Shown in pieces: positions 23,412-32,000 of a DNA stretch of 32,000 nt. The translations under genes were made by a program, and so were the position numbers. Positions within the stretch are counted from its first letter, which is position 1. Each line of letters opens with the position of its first letter. The notes beneath the pieces were generated by a model. The model was given only the letters and a program-made list of their open reading frames with translations, ran no database searches and was not told where the DNA came from. The stretch is from Candidatus Kuenenia stuttgartensis (lineage in GTDB: Bacteria; Planctomycetota; Brocadiia; Brocadiales; Brocadiaceae): assembly GCF_900232105.1 (NCBI RefSeq), contig NZ_LT934425.1:3150001-3182000 (forward strand), written 5' to 3'.

Positions 23412-24890
23412 ATGACGCTAAAATTTTACAATTCAATTACAAAGAAAAAGGAAGTATTCAAACCATTGGTTGAGGGGCACGTCAATATGTATGTTTGCGG
23501 TCCTACGGTTTATGATCATCCTCATATTGGACACGCAAAGAGTTACGTGAGCTATGACGTCATAGTCAGGTATCTGAGATATCTTGGATATAAGGTGTGC
23601 TACGTGCAAAATATAACGGATGTGGGACACCTTACCGACAACGCAGACGCCGGTGACGACAAAATCCTGGCGCGCGCTCAAAGGGAACGTATAGAGCCTG
23701 CAGTGCTTGTGGAAATATATACGCGCAGTTATTTTGAAGATATGGATGCGCTGAACAATCTAAGGCCGGATATTTCTCCAAGGGCTACAGCGCATATACC
23801 CGAACAAATAGAACTTATAGAAAAGTTGATCAGTAAGGGGTATGCGTATGTGTCCAATGGTTCCGTTTATTTTGAAGTAAGCAAATACAGGGAATACGGA
23901 AAACTCTCGGGACGAAAGCAGGAAGATCTGGAGGCGGGCGCAAGGATAGAAATTAACCTGGAGAAAAGGAATCCCAATGATTTTGCGCTTTGGAAAAAGG
24001 CGGAGCCTGCGCATATTATGAGATGGAAAAGCCCGTGGGGAGAAGGATTCCCAGGATGGCATCTTGAATGTTCCGCAATGTCAATGAAATATCTTGGCGA
24101 ATCGTTAGACATTCATGGCGGAGGCATTGAGAATATGTTCCCTCATCATGAATGCGAAATCGCGCAGAGCGAGGCGGCAAACGATATGACCTTTGTTCGT
24201 TATTGGATTCATAATAATATGGTTACCGTAAACGGGCAAAAAATGGGAAAATCCTTGGGAAATTTTGTAACCCTCAAGGATGCGTTTAAAAAATACCATC
24301 CGTTAACGATACGATTCTTTATTCTCTCAACCCACTACCGCAGTCCGCTCGATTTTAGCAATGAGGCGCTGGACGCTGCGGATAAAGGTTTGAAACGTTT
24401 GTTTAATACGATAAAGAGGGTGCGGCGGCAAATAGATGAAGCTGCGAATGGAGAAACGACTGTTCTTGTTTATGAAAAACTGGAAGAGCATAAAAAGGCT
24501 TTTCTTAACGCCATGGATGAGGATATTAATACATCAGGCGCTATTGCAGCCCTTTTTGATTTGTCTAAAGAGGTGAATGCATTACTGGATTCCGGCGAAG
24601 AAGTGAGTAAAAAATGCATGGAAGATATAAATTCACTCTATCAGGAACTTGGGGATGGCATACTCGGCATTGTTCCTGTGCGCAAAGAAGTGAAGGCTGA
24701 TATTGAGGATGATTTCAGTGAAGGCGATAAAAGCGTACTGAAAGAAGTAATGGGAGTTCTTATCGATACCCGAAACCAACTCCGGAAGGAGAAACTATTT
24801 CAATTGTCAGATTTTATCAGAAACAAACTCACGGAAATAGGAATAACACTTGAAGATACACAGGACGTCACTCTGTGGAAAAAAAGATGA
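23412..24890 (+). CDS. cysS: Cysteine--tRNA ligase
   Basis: 492 aa. YVCGPTVYDHPHIGHAKS (HIGH motif), KMGKSLGNF (KMSKS motif) and WHLECSAMS match the class I CysRS. Confidence 0.95.
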   Translation: MTLKFYNSITKKKEVFKPLVEGHVNMYVCGPTVYDHPHIGHAKSYVSYDVIVRYLRYLGYKVCYVQNITDVGHLTDNADAGDDKILARAQRERIEPAVLVEIYTRSYFEDMDALNNLRPDISPRATAHIPEQIELIEKLISKGYAYVSNGSVYFEVSKYREYGKLSGRKQEDLEAGARIEINLEKRNPNDFALWKKAEPAHIMRWKSPWGEGFPGWHLECSAMSMKYLGESLDIHGGGIENMFPHHECEIAQSEAANDMTFVRYWIHNNMVTVNGQKMGKSLGNFVTLKDAFKKYHPLTIRFFILSTHYRSPLDFSNEALDAADKGLKRLFNTIKRVRRQIDEAANGETTVLVYEKLEEHKKAFLNAMDEDINTSGAIAALFDLSKEVNALLDSGEEVSKKCMEDINSLYQELGDGILGIVPVRKEVKADIEDDFSEGDKSVLKEVMGVLIDTRNQLRKEKLFQLSDFIRNKLTEIGITLEDTQDVTLWKKR

Positions 24891-24894
24891 AAAA

Positions 24895-26508
24895 ATGAAA
24901 TTTCAATGGAGCGATGATTTATCTGCTGGCGTTCTCAAAAGACAGATAATGAAACTTGTTGACATTGGACGGGCGCTCTCCGGAGAGAGGAATCTGGATA
25001 AACTGCTTGAGATGATTGTTGATGAAGCCTGCAGATTTACGAATGCCGATGCAGGCACTCTTTATACTAAGGAAGGTGAATATCTGAAATTTAAGATACT
25101 GCAAAATGTTTCTATGAATATCAGGATGGGGGGATGCTCAGGCAAAGAAATAACATTTCCTCCGGTTGAATTGAAGGAGTCTAATGTTTCAGCTTATGCA
25201 GCAATTAAAGATGTTAGTGTTAATATTCCTGATGTTTATGACTCTGAATTATTTGACTTTACCGGGCCTAAAAAATTTGACGCCACTACCAAGTATCGGA
25301 CAAAATCCATGCTTGTCGTCCCCATGAAGAATCATGAGAATGACGTTATTGGCGTTCTTCAGCTTATTAACGCGCAGGAGAGGCGAACGGGAGAAGTGAT
25401 TCCTTTTTCCGCTGATTTTGAAAATCTTGTACATTCGCTTGCCTCACAGGCTGCAGTTGCATTTACGAATGCAAAGTTGATTAAAGATATGGAAGAATTG
25501 TTTAGCGCGTTTGTAAAAGTAATGGCTACTGCGATTGACGAAAAATCACCCGTTACCGGCGGACATATCCAGCGTGTTGCTGAGTTAACCATGATGATGG
25601 CGAAAGCAATGAACGCACAAAAAGAAGGACCTTTTGCGCATGTTTATTTTAATGAAGATCAGATGTGCGAATTGCGAACTGCCGCCTGGATGCATGATAT
25701 TGGAAAAGTCACTACTCCGGTAAATGTCGTTGAAAAAGGAAACAAACTTGAGGCGATTTTTGACCGGATTCATTATGTGGAATTGCGTTTTGATTATTTA
25801 ATCCAACAGACAGAAAAAGTGTATTTTCAGAAAAAGGCAGAGCTGCTGGAAAAGCACGCTGAAAAAAATGAGATTGAGAATTTGGATGAAGAAATGCTCA
25901 AAGAGGTCTGCACATTGAAGGAAATGAAAGAATTTGTGCTCCAATGTAACAGGCCGGGAGAGTTTCTGGAAAATGAAAAAACAGAACGATTGAAAAACAT
26001 AAGCCAATTAACCTACATAGACGCAAACGGGCATGAGCAAAATTATTTGAGTGAAGATGAATTGAAAAACCTTTCCATCCGTAAAGGAAGTATAACGGAA
26101 GAGGAACGGAAAATTATGCAGAATCACGCGGCTATGACGTTGAAGATGCTTAAGCAGATCCCTTTTACAAAAAAACTTAAGAACGTGCCCTGCTTTGCCG
26201 GGACGCACCATGAGTATATTAATGGGAAAGGATACCCACTTGGGATGAAAGGTGATAATATACCGATTGAAGGCCGCCTTATTGCCGTTGCAGATATTAC
26301 AGAAGCCCTTACGGCAGCTGACCGTTCATACAAAAAAGCCATGCCACTGGAAAAGGTATATGAAATACTGGCGTCTATGGCAAAAAATGAAGAGCTGGAC
26401 AAAAATCTGGTGGAGTTTCTGATAAAAGAGAAAATTTACGAACGTTATTTGGAAGAAAAGAAGAAAAAAGAGAAAAAAGAAAATGACGTGCCGCCCGGTG
26501 GGGTTTAA
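24895..26508 (+). CDS. GAF-domain / HD-GYP-domain protein (putative c-di-GMP phosphodiesterase or receptor)
   Basis: Preferred start is the ATG at 24895, just after the cysS stop. The N-terminal half is GAF-like (DKLLEMIVDEACRFTNADAGTLY ... VLQLINA). The HD-GYP motifs are AAWMHDIGK and GTHHEYINGKGYPLG. Confidence 0.85.
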   Translation: MKFQWSDDLSAGVLKRQIMKLVDIGRALSGERNLDKLLEMIVDEACRFTNADAGTLYTKEGEYLKFKILQNVSMNIRMGGCSGKEITFPPVELKESNVSAYAAIKDVSVNIPDVYDSELFDFTGPKKFDATTKYRTKSMLVVPMKNHENDVIGVLQLINAQERRTGEVIPFSADFENLVHSLASQAAVAFTNAKLIKDMEELFSAFVKVMATAIDEKSPVTGGHIQRVAELTMMMAKAMNAQKEGPFAHVYFNEDQMCELRTAAWMHDIGKVTTPVNVVEKGNKLEAIFDRIHYVELRFDYLIQQTEKVYFQKKAELLEKHAEKNEIENLDEEMLKEVCTLKEMKEFVLQCNRPGEFLENEKTERLKNISQLTYIDANGHEQNYLSEDELKNLSIRKGSITEEERKIMQNHAAMTLKMLKQIPFTKKLKNVPCFAGTHHEYINGKGYPLGMKGDNIPIEGRLIAVADITEALTAADRSYKKAMPLEKVYEILASMAKNEELDKNLVEFLIKEKIYERYLEEKKKKEKKENDVPPGGV

Positions 26509-26620
26509 ATCGTAATGCGTAAGACGCATCCCCCTTGCCCCCAGTGGGAGGGAGATTATCGTAAATCGTAGATCGTAAATTCCCCTGAAGCCGTTTTTTT
26601 GGGGAGGCATTAGTGAATGT

Positions 26621-26875
26621 ATGGCAAAATTAAAATTGGATTTACACGATATTTGTAAAAATGGTTCTTTGATTGAAAAAGAATTGAACCGGGCAATAAA
26701 TGAAGCGGTTGAGAAAAGGATTGCGCTTGTGGAAATTATTCCAGGAAAAGGAAGCGGGCAGTTGAAGAAGGCCGTCCTGAGATTCCTCAACCGTCCTGAA
26801 GTAAAAAAATTGTATCATCGAATTGACAAAGACCGTGATAATTTTGGAAGGCTTTTTGTACGGTTTAAACATTGA
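26621..26875 (+). CDS. Stand-alone Smr-domain protein
   Basis: 84 aa. KLDLHD ... ALVEIIPGKGSGQLKKAVLRFL resembles the Smr LDLHG...IHGKG pattern. Confidence 0.65.
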   Translation: MAKLKLDLHDICKNGSLIEKELNRAINEAVEKRIALVEIIPGKGSGQLKKAVLRFLNRPEVKKLYHRIDKDRDNFGRLFVRFKH

Positions 26876-26909
26876 GTGATGGTCTGTATTTTTTGTAACG
26901 CTACTGCGA

Positions 26910-27530
26910 TTATTGACAATACTCTTTGTATCCGGCCATATAGTCAATGACTTTCTTTTTTGCCTCTGTGCGTAAATCCTGTTTTAAGTCTTCATTCATT
27001 AAAACCTTTTCTACACTCTTCCATACTTCACACAAATCCATGCTGAGAAATAATTGCGATTTAACAAGGGCAAAAATCATTGAAACGGTGAAGCTGTTGT
27101 TTAGTGTTTTATATGCTTCTTCCAGTATTGGCAAGGCGTCTTCCGGATGGGAAAAATTATCCATTGCCATGAGATAACCAAGGCAGAATATTTCATCCGC
27201 ATTTAGGAAGTCTGTATCCAATTGAACAAATGGCACATGGTATCGCAACGCCAGGTAGTACATATAAAATTCAGCATTGTTGTTCCCTTCAAATTTCCAT
27301 GACAGGGCGTTTATTACGGCGGCTTTTTCGTCTATGGGATTCTCTGGAGAGGAAAGAAATTCCGCTATTTCAAACCCCAGCACACTTTGTAAATGTGCAC
27401 GTTGAACCATTTTCACATCCATGTAAGCTTCATAAAATTCAGTGGACGTAATAGGTGAATCTGCCGAAGCAATTTTGTGGGACAAAAAAAGCGTATTTAT
27501 GATAAGGACGAATACAACTATTTTTTTCAT
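26910..27530 (-). CDS. Secreted hypothetical protein
   Basis: 206 aa with a clear signal peptide (MKKIVVFVLIINTLFLSHKIASA). I recognise no motif. The ORF is long and uninterrupted. Confidence 0.65.
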   Translation of the reverse strand: MKKIVVFVLIINTLFLSHKIASADSPITSTEFYEAYMDVKMVQRAHLQSVLGFEIAEFLSSPENPIDEKAAVINALSWKFEGNNNAEFYMYYLALRYHVPFVQLDTDFLNADEIFCLGYLMAMDNFSHPEDALPILEEAYKTLNNSFTVSMIFALVKSQLFLSMDLCEVWKSVEKVLMNEDLKQDLRTEAKKKVIDYMAGYKEYCQ

Positions 27531-27955
27531 ATCAAATCATTCTCATTTTTAAAGTGGAGGGAAATAGTTTTACGTAACTATGTATTTTTTTATTTAATAT
27601 CTTGTTTTAAGATTGTATGCAATAAACATCTCTTCTCTTCTATCGGAGCAACAGCAATAAATAATATACTACATGATAAATCCGGATATTACTAATGGAA
27701 TTAACAGGAATGCTGATTTAACAGGTGAAAAGTTTGCAGAGGGGTTTTAATGCGCATCATCATCCCTAAGCTGGACAAGATACGAAAGGGAAACCACAGA
27801 TTACACAGATTAAAAAAATCGTAGGAAAACACAGAGAGCGTGTTCCTATAATGGCAAATGACTATTAAAATTAAATCTGGAAATGAGTAATATCCATTTG
27901 CATGTAATGGCGTAAAAAGCAAAAATGTATTGGATATACGGGAAGTTGCATGTAT

Positions 27956-28021
27956 TGTAACACTTTAATCTTTTGAAAAAGGTATTACCGATAAGCGCCG
28001 TAGGAGCAACCTGTTTGTTGC
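27956..28021 (+). repeat. Family-C module, solo copy C3 (head plus unit)
   Basis: The head tgtaacactttaatcttttgaaaaa matches the C1 head at 23 of 25 positions. It is followed by gataagcgccgtaggagcaacctgtttgttgc. Confidence 0.88.
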
Positions 28022-28059
28022 AGGAAATGATATTGATCAGTTATTTCGGATAAAATAAT

Positions 28060-28413
28060 ATGCGAAACTATCTCATTACCATACTGTTGCTTTGTTGCAG
28101 TAATGTTTTTATGACATTTGCATGGTATGGACATCTTAAAAATTTGTCTCATAAAACGTGGATTATTGCAGCCCTTGTGAGCTGGGGCATTGCCTTGTTT
28201 GAATATCTGCTTCAAGTGCCCGCAAACCGTATTGGGCATCAGGTGATGAGTCTTGGGCAACTGAAAATACTTCAGGAGGTAATCACTCTTATGGTGTTTG
28301 TGCCATTTTCCGTAATTTACATGAAAGAAAAGATACATTTTGATTATTTATGGGCTGGCATATGTTTATTCGGGGCAGTCTATTTTATTTTTCGCCCTAA
28401 ACTTCTTCCATAG
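28060..28413 (+). CDS. Small DMT-superfamily membrane protein (DUF486-like)
   Basis: 117 aa with 4 predicted TM helices. FMTFAWYGHLK is characteristic of this family as I recall it. Confidence 0.8.
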   Translation: MRNYLITILLLCCSNVFMTFAWYGHLKNLSHKTWIIAALVSWGIALFEYLLQVPANRIGHQVMSLGQLKILQEVITLMVFVPFSVIYMKEKIHFDYLWAGICLFGAVYFIFRPKLLP

Positions 28414-28493
28414 CAGTTTCCGTCAAGGCGGTGAGCGCCTCTACGTATCTTAAGGCAGTAAATATATTATTAAACAAAAAAGAGGAGTATTTT

Positions 28494-29756
28494 ATGGCTG
28501 ATTTTCATCAGGAAGGAACGATTACCACGTTACATGATATATACAGGGTCTTTGATCCAAATGAGTATTTAAAAAGTTTGGAGGAAAAGCTTGAGGATTA
28601 TGCACGCCAGGTAAGCATTTGTCTTTTGCTGCCCTGCCTTTACAGTGAACTTGAAAATACGGAAGTCATGGAACGTATTGTTGGCGAAATTAAAAAAGTC
28701 CGCTATTTGCGTAATGTTGTTATTGCCCTGGGAGGCGCTCCGGATGAAGAGAAGTTCCGGGATGCAAAAAAATACTTTGGAAGGCTTCGTACAACAAAAC
28801 GCGATGTTAAAATTGTTTGGGTTGAAGGGCCACGCATTCAGAATGTATTTCAGCGCATCCGGGAACGTGAGATTCAGACAGGTATTCAGGGAAAAGGCCA
28901 ATCAGTGTGGATTGCCCTTGGTTATATACTTTCAAGGGGCAATGTGGACGTCATAGCACTTCATGATTGCGACATTGTAACCTATGACCGCATATTTTTA
29001 GGGAGGCTTATTGAGCCTGCCGCAAATCCGAATAACGAGTATGAGTTTTGTAAAGGGTATTATGCCCGTGTTTCACTTACGGACAGATCAATCAAAGGCA
29101 GGGTGACAAGACTGTTTGTAGTTCCTTTTGTCGATTCAATGATGAGAATTATGAATACGCATGGACATAAAGAACTAGAGCGTTTTTTCGGATATCATCG
29201 TATATTCAAATATCCGCTGGCCGGAGAGTTCAGCCTAAGCGCCCGACTTGCAAGGGGTATTAATATTGCTTATGATTGGGGTCTTGAGGTGGCTACGCTA
29301 TCCGAGGTGTACCACAATACAATGAACAGAAAAATCGCACAGGTGGATCTCTCCAAGAACTATGAGCATAAACATCAAGATCTTTCTGCTGACGATTCAA
29401 GCAAGGGATTACACAGAATGGCAGTGGATATTGCCACCTTCTTTCTCCATTATATGCGTTCTCACGGAGTGCCACTGGACGATGCCTTCGTTGATATGAT
29501 GCTTCATACCTATTACGATAATGCCCTGAAATTTATTAAGTATTATAGCGATGACGCAGAAATGAACAATCTGATTTTAAATCGTCATGAGGAGGAACTT
29601 GCCGTGCGACATTTTCGTGGCGTTTTATGGACGGCATGGGAGCAAAGCAGAGGGCCTAGAGAGGCAACCCTTATTCCTTCATGGAACAGGGTTACGTATA
29701 GCCTTCCTGATATATATACGAATCTCTATGAAGCTGTAGAAAAGGATAATGAATAG
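28494..29756 (+). CDS. Glycosyltransferase resembling glucosyl-/mannosyl-3-phosphoglycerate synthases
   Basis: Preferred start is the ATG at 28494, 6 nt after AGAGGAG (MADFHQEGTITTLHD...). GKGQSVWIALGY, ALHDCDI (DxD-like), GRVTRLFVVPF, YPLAGEFSLS, GLEVATLSEVY and IAQVDL...YEHKHQDL are collinear with the GpgS motifs I remember. Confidence 0.6.
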   Translation: MADFHQEGTITTLHDIYRVFDPNEYLKSLEEKLEDYARQVSICLLLPCLYSELENTEVMERIVGEIKKVRYLRNVVIALGGAPDEEKFRDAKKYFGRLRTTKRDVKIVWVEGPRIQNVFQRIREREIQTGIQGKGQSVWIALGYILSRGNVDVIALHDCDIVTYDRIFLGRLIEPAANPNNEYEFCKGYYARVSLTDRSIKGRVTRLFVVPFVDSMMRIMNTHGHKELERFFGYHRIFKYPLAGEFSLSARLARGINIAYDWGLEVATLSEVYHNTMNRKIAQVDLSKNYEHKHQDLSADDSSKGLHRMAVDIATFFLHYMRSHGVPLDDAFVDMMLHTYYDNALKFIKYYSDDAEMNNLILNRHEEELAVRHFRGVLWTAWEQSRGPREATLIPSWNRVTYSLPDIYTNLYEAVEKDNE

Positions 29757-29827
29757 TATGGTTTGATAAGGTGCGATTTGAGATTTAAATCGTGAATGAG
29801 GTATATTATAGAAACAGGGATAATGCT

Positions 29828-30343
29828 ATGTATGCAAAAACACCGATTGTGTCCTTTGTAGGAAAATCGAACAGCGGGAAAACAACGCTTATTGTAAAGG
29901 TCATTAAAGAATTAAAATTAAGGGGGCTTAGGGTTGCTACCATAAAACATACCCATCATAATGTTGATATGGATACGAAAGGCAAAGATAGCTGGAAACA
30001 TTCACAGGCGGGAGCAGATGCCGTCATCATTGTCTCTGAAAACAAGATGGGTCTTTTTCGGACGACGCAAAAAAGGGTTCTATTAAAGGAAATGGTGGAA
30101 ACCTATCTCAGGGATTTCGATATAATAATACTTGAAGGATATAAGACAGAACCCATTCCCAAAATAGAAGTCTTTAGGACAGAGAACGGCGATCAGATGG
30201 TGTGCCGGGATGATGAACATTTAATTGCTGTAATAGGTGATAAAGACCCAATAATGAATGTACCTTATTTGCATATTGATGCGGATGTTCGAAAGATTGT
30301 GGATTTTATTATGTCATATCTGAAAATAAATGTATCTGTATAA
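29828..30343 (+). CDS. mobB: Molybdopterin-guanine dinucleotide biosynthesis adaptor protein MobB
   Basis: FVGKSNSGKTTLIVKVIKEL (P-loop), ATIKHTHH and KGKDSWKH match MobB. The start is ATG 29828 or GTG 29792. Confidence 0.85.
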   Translation: MYAKTPIVSFVGKSNSGKTTLIVKVIKELKLRGLRVATIKHTHHNVDMDTKGKDSWKHSQAGADAVIIVSENKMGLFRTTQKRVLLKEMVETYLRDFDIIILEGYKTEPIPKIEVFRTENGDQMVCRDDEHLIAVIGDKDPIMNVPYLHIDADVRKIVDFIMSYLKINVSV

Positions 30344-30409
30344 AACCCTGCAACAGCCTGCATAAATTACCCACGGCAGGTTCAGAAAGAGCGGAAGGAC
30401 AAAATCAAT

Positions 30410-30919
30410 ATGAACAAAAGTAAAACAATCTGGTTTCTTATTGTGATAATAGCGGTTATTTGTTTCACATCGCAAAAAAGGGGAACGGCTGAAATGCCCG
30501 GCATAAATGAAAAAATAAATGCGCAGAGATTATGGGAGTATATGACAAAAGAAAATCCCTACAAATGCTATCCGGCATGGCCAGGTAAAGAGGGCATTTA
30601 TGAGAGCACTATGCCTCCCGGTGATATTCTGCGGCTGTATATAAACGACCTTGCCCTGGATACCGTTGTCAACAAAAAGAGAATATTTCCCAACGGCTCT
30701 CTCCTGATAAAAGAAATCTATACAGAAGAAAATAAGTTGTCTTTGCTTACCGTGATGTATAAAGAGAAGGGATTTAATCCGCAAGGAAATGATTGGTACT
30801 GGGTAAAATACGGCCACGATGGGGAAGTTAAATTGGAAGGAAGGGTCGGGCTATGTATAGAATGCCATGTGGGCGTTGCAGATAATGACTATGTATTCAC
30901 GGGAAGTATAAAGAAATAA
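30410..30919 (+). CDS. Cytochrome P460-family haem protein, secreted
   Basis: 169 aa with signal/TM segment IWFLIVIIAVICF. FPNGSLLIKEIY, DWYWVKY and the C-terminal CIECHVGVADNDYVFT (CxxCH followed by D-x-VFT) parallel the P460/cytochrome c'-beta layout I recall from Nitrosomonas CytL. Confidence 0.7.
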   Translation: MNKSKTIWFLIVIIAVICFTSQKRGTAEMPGINEKINAQRLWEYMTKENPYKCYPAWPGKEGIYESTMPPGDILRLYINDLALDTVVNKKRIFPNGSLLIKEIYTEENKLSLLTVMYKEKGFNPQGNDWYWVKYGHDGEVKLEGRVGLCIECHVGVADNDYVFTGSIKK

Positions 30920-31058
30920 AAAGCGTGAATGGTAACGTTAATATTAATCAAACCAATGAAATAAGGCATTCTCGATCTTTGAACAAAACTCGTTGGTTAG
31001 TAAGAATTAGAATTAAACCACACAGTGTAACTATTCAGCGTAAGCGATACACGGCTCG

Positions 31059-31108
31059 TTCCCAAACTCCAGTTTGGGAATGCATTTGTTCAAGAAACTC
31101 CGGTTTCT
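31059..31108. terminator. Two adjacent hairpins between convergent genes (possible bidirectional terminator or REP-like word)
   Basis: The first hairpin is ttcccaaact-cc-agtttgggaa (10-bp perfect arms, 31059-31080). The second is agaaac-tccg-gtttct (31093-31108). Neither has a strong U-tract. Confidence 0.35.
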
Positions 31109-31174
31109 CGCCCGTTTGCTGATAGATAGGGAATAAAATCACAGGGTTAAGACAGTTTGTAATTTGTCAAGTTT

Positions 31175-31861
31175 TTAAAGGATATCGCGTATATCCTTCA
31201 GGCCTATTGGTTCGTGGCTCGCAAATGGTTCTCCGTAGTCAACGTGAATAAGGCCTCCATAATAACCGTTCCTTTCCTTAATCATCGTGCTGATGTATTT
31301 CCACCTGGCAGCATCGTACACAAACTGTGATTGATACACGCGCATACTATCGAGTTTTCGTACAAATTCATTGCTTATATCTAAAATAAACGATGGATTG
31401 ATAGTTACATTTAAGTGATAGCAGAAATAATAAAAGATGTGTGATGGATAGAATGGTTCTCCCGGAATTTCTGACTTGCTGAGCTTTGCATAAAAACGGG
31501 ATGCCTCTCCGATTTTAGATGCTTGAACGTGGTCAGGATGGGCGTCAACCCAGTAAGGCAAAAATACAATCTCCGGGCGTATTTTACGGATTACCCCGGC
31601 GACTTCTTTGCGAACTTCTATGCCGTCCATAAGATAACGGTTGGGGAATTTTAATACCGTTCTGCTCTTTATTCCCAGCAGATTTGAAGAACGCTCCCAC
31701 TCTTCTTTCCGTGTTTCAATGCTACCATATGGGGTGGGCTCACCGTTTGTCAGATCAACAATGTGAACGTCGTAACCAAGCGAAACAAATTTAAGAATAC
31801 TTCCGCCCATACCTATTTCCACATCATCAGGATGTGGTCCAATGGCAAGAATCGTAGACAT
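31175..31861 (-). CDS. PIG-L/LmbE-family N-acetylglucosaminyl deacetylase
   Basis: 228 aa. ILAIGPHPDDVEIGMGG and VDAHPDHV are the family zinc-binding motifs. Confidence 0.88.
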   Translation of the reverse strand: MSTILAIGPHPDDVEIGMGGSILKFVSLGYDVHIVDLTNGEPTPYGSIETRKEEWERSSNLLGIKSRTVLKFPNRYLMDGIEVRKEVAGVIRKIRPEIVFLPYWVDAHPDHVQASKIGEASRFYAKLSKSEIPGEPFYPSHIFYYFCYHLNVTINPSFILDISNEFVRKLDSMRVYQSQFVYDAARWKYISTMIKERNGYYGGLIHVDYGEPFASHEPIGLKDIRDIL

Positions 31862-31925
31862 ATTATGGCCCTTTAAAAATTATCGGTAGAGAAACAGATT
31901 CAGAGATAACAATAGTACCTTAAAA

Positions 31926-32000
31926 GTTATTTATTTACAGTATTTGGCAAAATATTTAATGGTGAAATCCGAAATGCTAAATACGAAACCCGAAACAAAT
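31926..32000 (+). repeat. Family-A repeat, copy A4 (truncated by the window edge)
   Basis: gttatttatttacagtatttggcaaaatatttaatggtgaaatccgaaatgctaaatacgaaacccgaaacaaat. The head matches A1/A2/A3, and the tail is in 7-nt register (atccgaa atgctaa atacgaa acccgaa). Confidence 0.85.

Noticed and set aside
26509-26620. atgcgt-aag-acgcat hairpin and atcgtaa/atcgtag/atcgtaa triple heptamer after the HD-GYP gene as a terminator
   Set aside because: The stem is only 6 bp and is followed by C residues rather than a U-tract. I noted it as another heptamer-type word but did not call it as a terminator.
27701-27922. 73-aa minus-strand ORF in the long spacer 27531-28059
   Set aside because: It contains a translated repeat word (NLCNLW, from aaccacagattacacagatt), has no motif and no start context. 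The spacer is better described as repeat-rich non-coding DNA.
30925-31122. 65-aa plus-strand ORF
   Set aside because: It spans the hairpin words (its SQTPVWECICSRNSGFS stretch is the translated palindrome), uses a non-ATG start (GTG at 30925) and lacks a ribosome-binding context. It is typical of a spurious ORF over repeat DNA.

Overview
By eye this is a moderately AT-rich, mostly housekeeping chromosomal segment. I support 33 protein-coding genes, two tandem tRNA-Ser genes and two intact IS elements with inverted repeats and target-site duplications. Intergenic DNA is unusually rich in at least four dispersed repeat families. The recognisable genes are priA, lemA plus a TPM-domain gene, an ahbA/ahbB-like siroheme decarboxylase pair, the NAD(P)HX dehydratase gene, larB, tsaD, uppP, ubiX, sppA, cysS, mobB, a GAF/HD-GYP protein and a cytochrome P460-family protein. 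The gene content and the word-like hairpin repeats suggest a Planctomycetota/anammox-type genome, but that is an unverified impression. I found no CRISPR array, cas genes, prophage, obvious defence island or biosynthetic cluster, and I cannot point to a clear new multi-gene system. The most unusual items follow. (1) A sulfite-reductase-like Fe-S protein is translationally coupled to AhbA/AhbB. (2) Modular intergenic repeats include heptanucleotide tandem arrays, about 200-bp hairpin-forming elements and a REP-like cluster that an IS element has inserted into. (3) A secreted PLD-like protein with a degenerate HKD motif is coupled to the NAD(P)HX dehydratase gene. (4) A tRNA gene starts 3 nt after a stop codon. 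(5) A 60-bp perfect palindrome lies in a divergent promoter region. All functional calls rest on motifs I read in the translations and on remembered family signatures. No database search was run.
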